Assembly (NCBI GenBank): GCA_964019335.1
Contig: OZ025767.1
Span: 1-25,242, forward strand
Origin: Diplonema japonicum
Lineage: Eukaryota; Protista; Euglenozoa: Diplonemea
DNA: 25,242 bases
Direction of reading: 5' to 3'
This document shows positions 21,832 through 25,242 of this stretch, one piece after another. Within the stretch, counting starts at the first letter, position 1. Each line of letters starts with the position of its first letter. The position numbers were made by a program, and so were the translations under genes. The notes under the pieces were generated by a model. It was not told the origin of the DNA. It saw only the letters and a list, made by a program, of their open reading frames with translations, and did not search any database.

Positions 21832-22139
21832 CAATGATCAGCCTGAGATACTAGATACGAATGCAGGGCATCTCTGTAAGAGATATTGGTGCAAAGCGCA
21901 AGGCACATCAGCCACCCATAGGCTGATGAATTACTAAGCGGAACACCAGCTTCTAAGTCCACGTACGCCATACAAGCATAGTGAGTAGGAGCGCTATCGT
22001 GTGAGCTTTCTATGTATAGAATAAGGAAGTGGGACCTTCCGGATATAGAGTGCCTCCGTGCACTCATGACCGATAGGGAATACTGTGGTTGCTGGCAGCA
22101 TACTACTAACAGTAGTGTTGCTCCATAGACCAACAGTAG
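21832..22139 (-). rRNA. Candidate miniature mt-SSU rRNA, copy 3
   Basis: Repeat copy of 4918-5225. Confidence 0.4.
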
Positions 22140-23737
22140 GCTGATGAGCAGTGTGTGAATTGCAGCCCCTTTGCGGAGCTACCACGTTAGTAATACGTAC
22201 GAGTTACGACGATGGGAGGAGCTACCAGTGGACTCCAATGCTGAGTCCCCACCGTGGGACCACGCGGATGTCCATTGTAGCGATCGGGTATTACGGGAGA
22301 CTGGTCAGTAGCGGAGTTGGGATGCTGCAAAGACATACTAACGGATGGATGCCCTTGTTCCCGAGAGAGGGAAAAGAATCCTGTATTGGTAAACGTATCT
22401 ATGCACTACGGTACATGATTAAGGCTCCAATGGGGGCTGCCCGAATTGCCCCGCATGAAGTAGCCCTACAACGCACCGACGCGGAGTCCGGAGTAAGTAA
22501 AGGATTATCAGTGACCGTGTGCCCCAAATCCGTAGGCTTTAGCGTAGCGGATGTCATGAACGTGCTTGGCGTAGATAGGACGGAGACACGATGTGATGGC
22601 TACTGCTCCAGGCTTGCAACCCTATTCTGGGTCCAGAGCCGTGTGACAGTAATATTACAATGAGTGCTTGAGTATGCTCCGTATCTTCGGAGCTGAGGTA
22701 ATATCCTCGTTAAGAGGCTGGGAGTGCTGCTCCGAGGGACCAGACTTAGAGTTATTACCGAAGGCTACCATCGCGCCTCCGGGCAGCGGGGCCAACGACG
22801 AACCGAAGGCAGGCCCCCACACTTCCATGAGAGGAGGGCAGGAAAGTGCATGTGTCGTGCACGGCTGCTTCATGACAGGTTCTGCAAGTGGCGTCTGTGT
22901 GGAGGCACAGCAGGTCGAGTAACGGGTGATCGAGACGCTGGGCATACAGGATAAGAGGTAAAGGCTTGCCATCGCCTCCAGGTTAATCAAGTAGGTCTTG
23001 GCCTCCGTGCCAACTACGCAGCATACCTGCGGCAAGGATTCCAGAGTCCCCATTTATGGAGGACCGATAAAGGATGGATGCATATCCTCAGATGTGCATT
23101 CAGAGCATCATCCGGATATAACAGCTAAGCTGATACAGCAGCTGTATAGCAGTAACGGTGTCTTAGTTACTGGCATCGGAGGATAGCGACTTGAGGGTAC
23201 TCTTCAATGTACTGGAGTAATAGATCCGAACAGGGTGAATGGAGCGGGCATAAAGTGCGAAGTACGCCTGCCCTAGTCGCAGTAATTGGAGCAGAAGGAG
23301 TATATCCTCAGGCGACGCAACGCGCCACGGCAAGGAAGGAGGTGACCAGAGGATGTAGGACTGGATGAGACAACCTCAGGCCTGTCGCATCCTTGTGTAA
23401 GATATCGCAAGGATGCATCATGTCTGAGGGCATGCAGATAGCAGCAGACTACCAAGAGTGTGATTACCGCAGATGGCTCGACGGGACGAGAGAGATCATT
23501 CAAGGAGCTAATCTTACACTCGTCGAATGCTGAGCTGCGGTTCATACTGCAACGATGAGGCATGGAAGCACGATTGCTGGCCGCTTCTTGGCCAGCAGGT
23601 GCGTCCCTAAGCTTGCACTCTGCAAGTCTACTCCAGGGCCTAGGCGCGGCTTCATCGGAGAAGCCGGAAAGAGCGCGCTCCTTGCCACCTCTAGCAAGGC
23701 GCGCTCAGCGAAGGATCGCAATTCAGATGCGGCCTTC

Positions 23738-24001
23738 GCAACCTGACTACTGATAGACGCTTACCTTCTCATCATAGGAAGCTCCTGGATAGATGAAGGT
23801 GCGGGAACAGCCTGAACAGTCTATCCACCATTGAGTATGAGCATGAGTCACGGCGGTATCGCAGTAGACGTCTTCATCATCTCACTGCACGCAGCAGGAG
23901 TGTCATCCTTGAGTGGTGCCATCAACCTCATGGTTACGGGATGCTACGCACGCAGGACTATGAGCAGTATCCTACAGGTATCATTATATCCATGATCGGT
24001 A
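23738..24001 (+). CDS. cox1: cox1 internal module, copy 3
   Basis: Repeat copy of 6824-7087. Confidence 0.95.
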
Positions 24002-24139
24002 GGTACATGGTTACTAGAGTATACCGCCACCATAGTTGTAAGGCTATGCTGATAAGGATATCAGCATGTATCCCAATACAACATGCTCTCTCTGAGGGCA
24101 TCTCGTTGAGTATTTATGCCTTTAATAATCTGATACCCT

Positions 24140-25242
24140 GTGAAACAACATATTTACTGTGTTACACTGTCCACACTAATGGTATCACTACATGTCCCAA
24201 TACTACAATAGTCAAGGGACTAATGTACTACCTCCGTACTACTTGATATACTCTGATGCACCCTGATATCCCGGATGTCCCTTTTTGGGCTGAAATGGCG
24301 TCCGAGGCTCACCGGGCCTTTTCCTAAAAAGGGCATTTCATTTCTCAGAATTGGTCCCGGACCATTTCCTCCAGTCTTCGAATAAAATGAGGTACCTCCA
24401 ATAAAAGTGATATTTTGGGGATGCCCAAATCCACTGATATTACTAGTCTTAGGATCTCACTGTTATACACTGTCTATACACCTCCATATTCTACTCAGCA
24501 TATGGCTAGATATTAGGTGTACAGTATCCTGCAATGGCATCACATGAGTTCATACAGTTAGCAGTCTGCTACTAGGATCCACAGAGGTCTAAATGTTGGT
24601 GAAACAACATATTTACTGTGTTACACTGTCCACACTAATGGTATCACTACATGTCCCAATACTACAATAGTCAAGGGACTAATGTACTACCTCCGTACTA
24701 CTTGATATACTCTGATGCACCCTGATATCCCGGATGTCCCTTTTTGGGCTGAAATGGCGTCCGAGGCTCACCGGGCCTTTTCCTAAAAAGGGCATTTCAT
24801 TTCTCAGAATTGGTCCCGGACCATTTCCTCCAGTCTTCGAATAAAATGAGGTACCTCCAATAAAAGTGATATTTTGGGGATGCCCAAATCCACTGATATT
24901 ACTAGTCTTAGGATCTCACTGTTATACACTGTCTATACACCTCCATATTCTACTCAGCATATGGCTAGATATTAGGTGTACAGTATCCTGCAATGGCATC
25001 ACATGAGTTCATACAGTTAGCAGTCTGCTACTAGGATCCACAGAGGTCTAAATGTTGGTGAAACAACATATTTACTGTGTTACACTGTCCACACTAATGG
25101 TATCACTACATGTCCCAATACTACAATAGTCAAGGGACTAATGTACTACCTCCGTACTACTTGATATACTCTGATGCACCCTGATATCCCGGATGTCCCT
25201 TTTTGGGCTGAAATGGCGTCCGAGGCTCACCGGGCCTTTTCC
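24140..25242. repeat. 459-bp tandem repeat array, unit 3 (truncated by window end)
   Basis: Repeat copy (+16914). Confidence 0.96.

Larger units (their letters stand above)
16915..25242. repeat. 8457-bp unit, copy 3 (last 129 bp missing)
   Basis: Offset +16914; the window ends inside the third 459-bp subrepeat. Confidence 0.97.

Overview
The window is about three head-to-tail copies of one 8457-bp unit (offsets +8457 and +16914; the last copy is 129 bp short). It most likely represents a small circular chromosome assembled or amplified as a concatemer. The supplied standard-code ORFs look spurious. Reading TGA as Trp reveals one clear gene piece per unit: an ~88-codon internal fragment of mitochondrial cox1 (~6824-7087, +) with no start, no stop and no neighbouring cox1 sequence. 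This fits a diplonemid-type (Euglenozoa) mitochondrial chromosome carrying a gene module (probably cox1 module 3) that must be trans-spliced. The rest of the unit has four parts: an AT-rich homopolymer region with dispersed TTTAGGG motifs and a 91-bp periodic element, an A(CG)8T boundary, a ~4.7-kb GC-richer domain packed with short hairpins, and a 3x459-bp tandem repeat. A candidate miniature, A-to-I-edited mitochondrial SSU rRNA lies on the minus strand (~4918-5225, tentative). All analysis was by eye; taxon and module identity need database confirmation.
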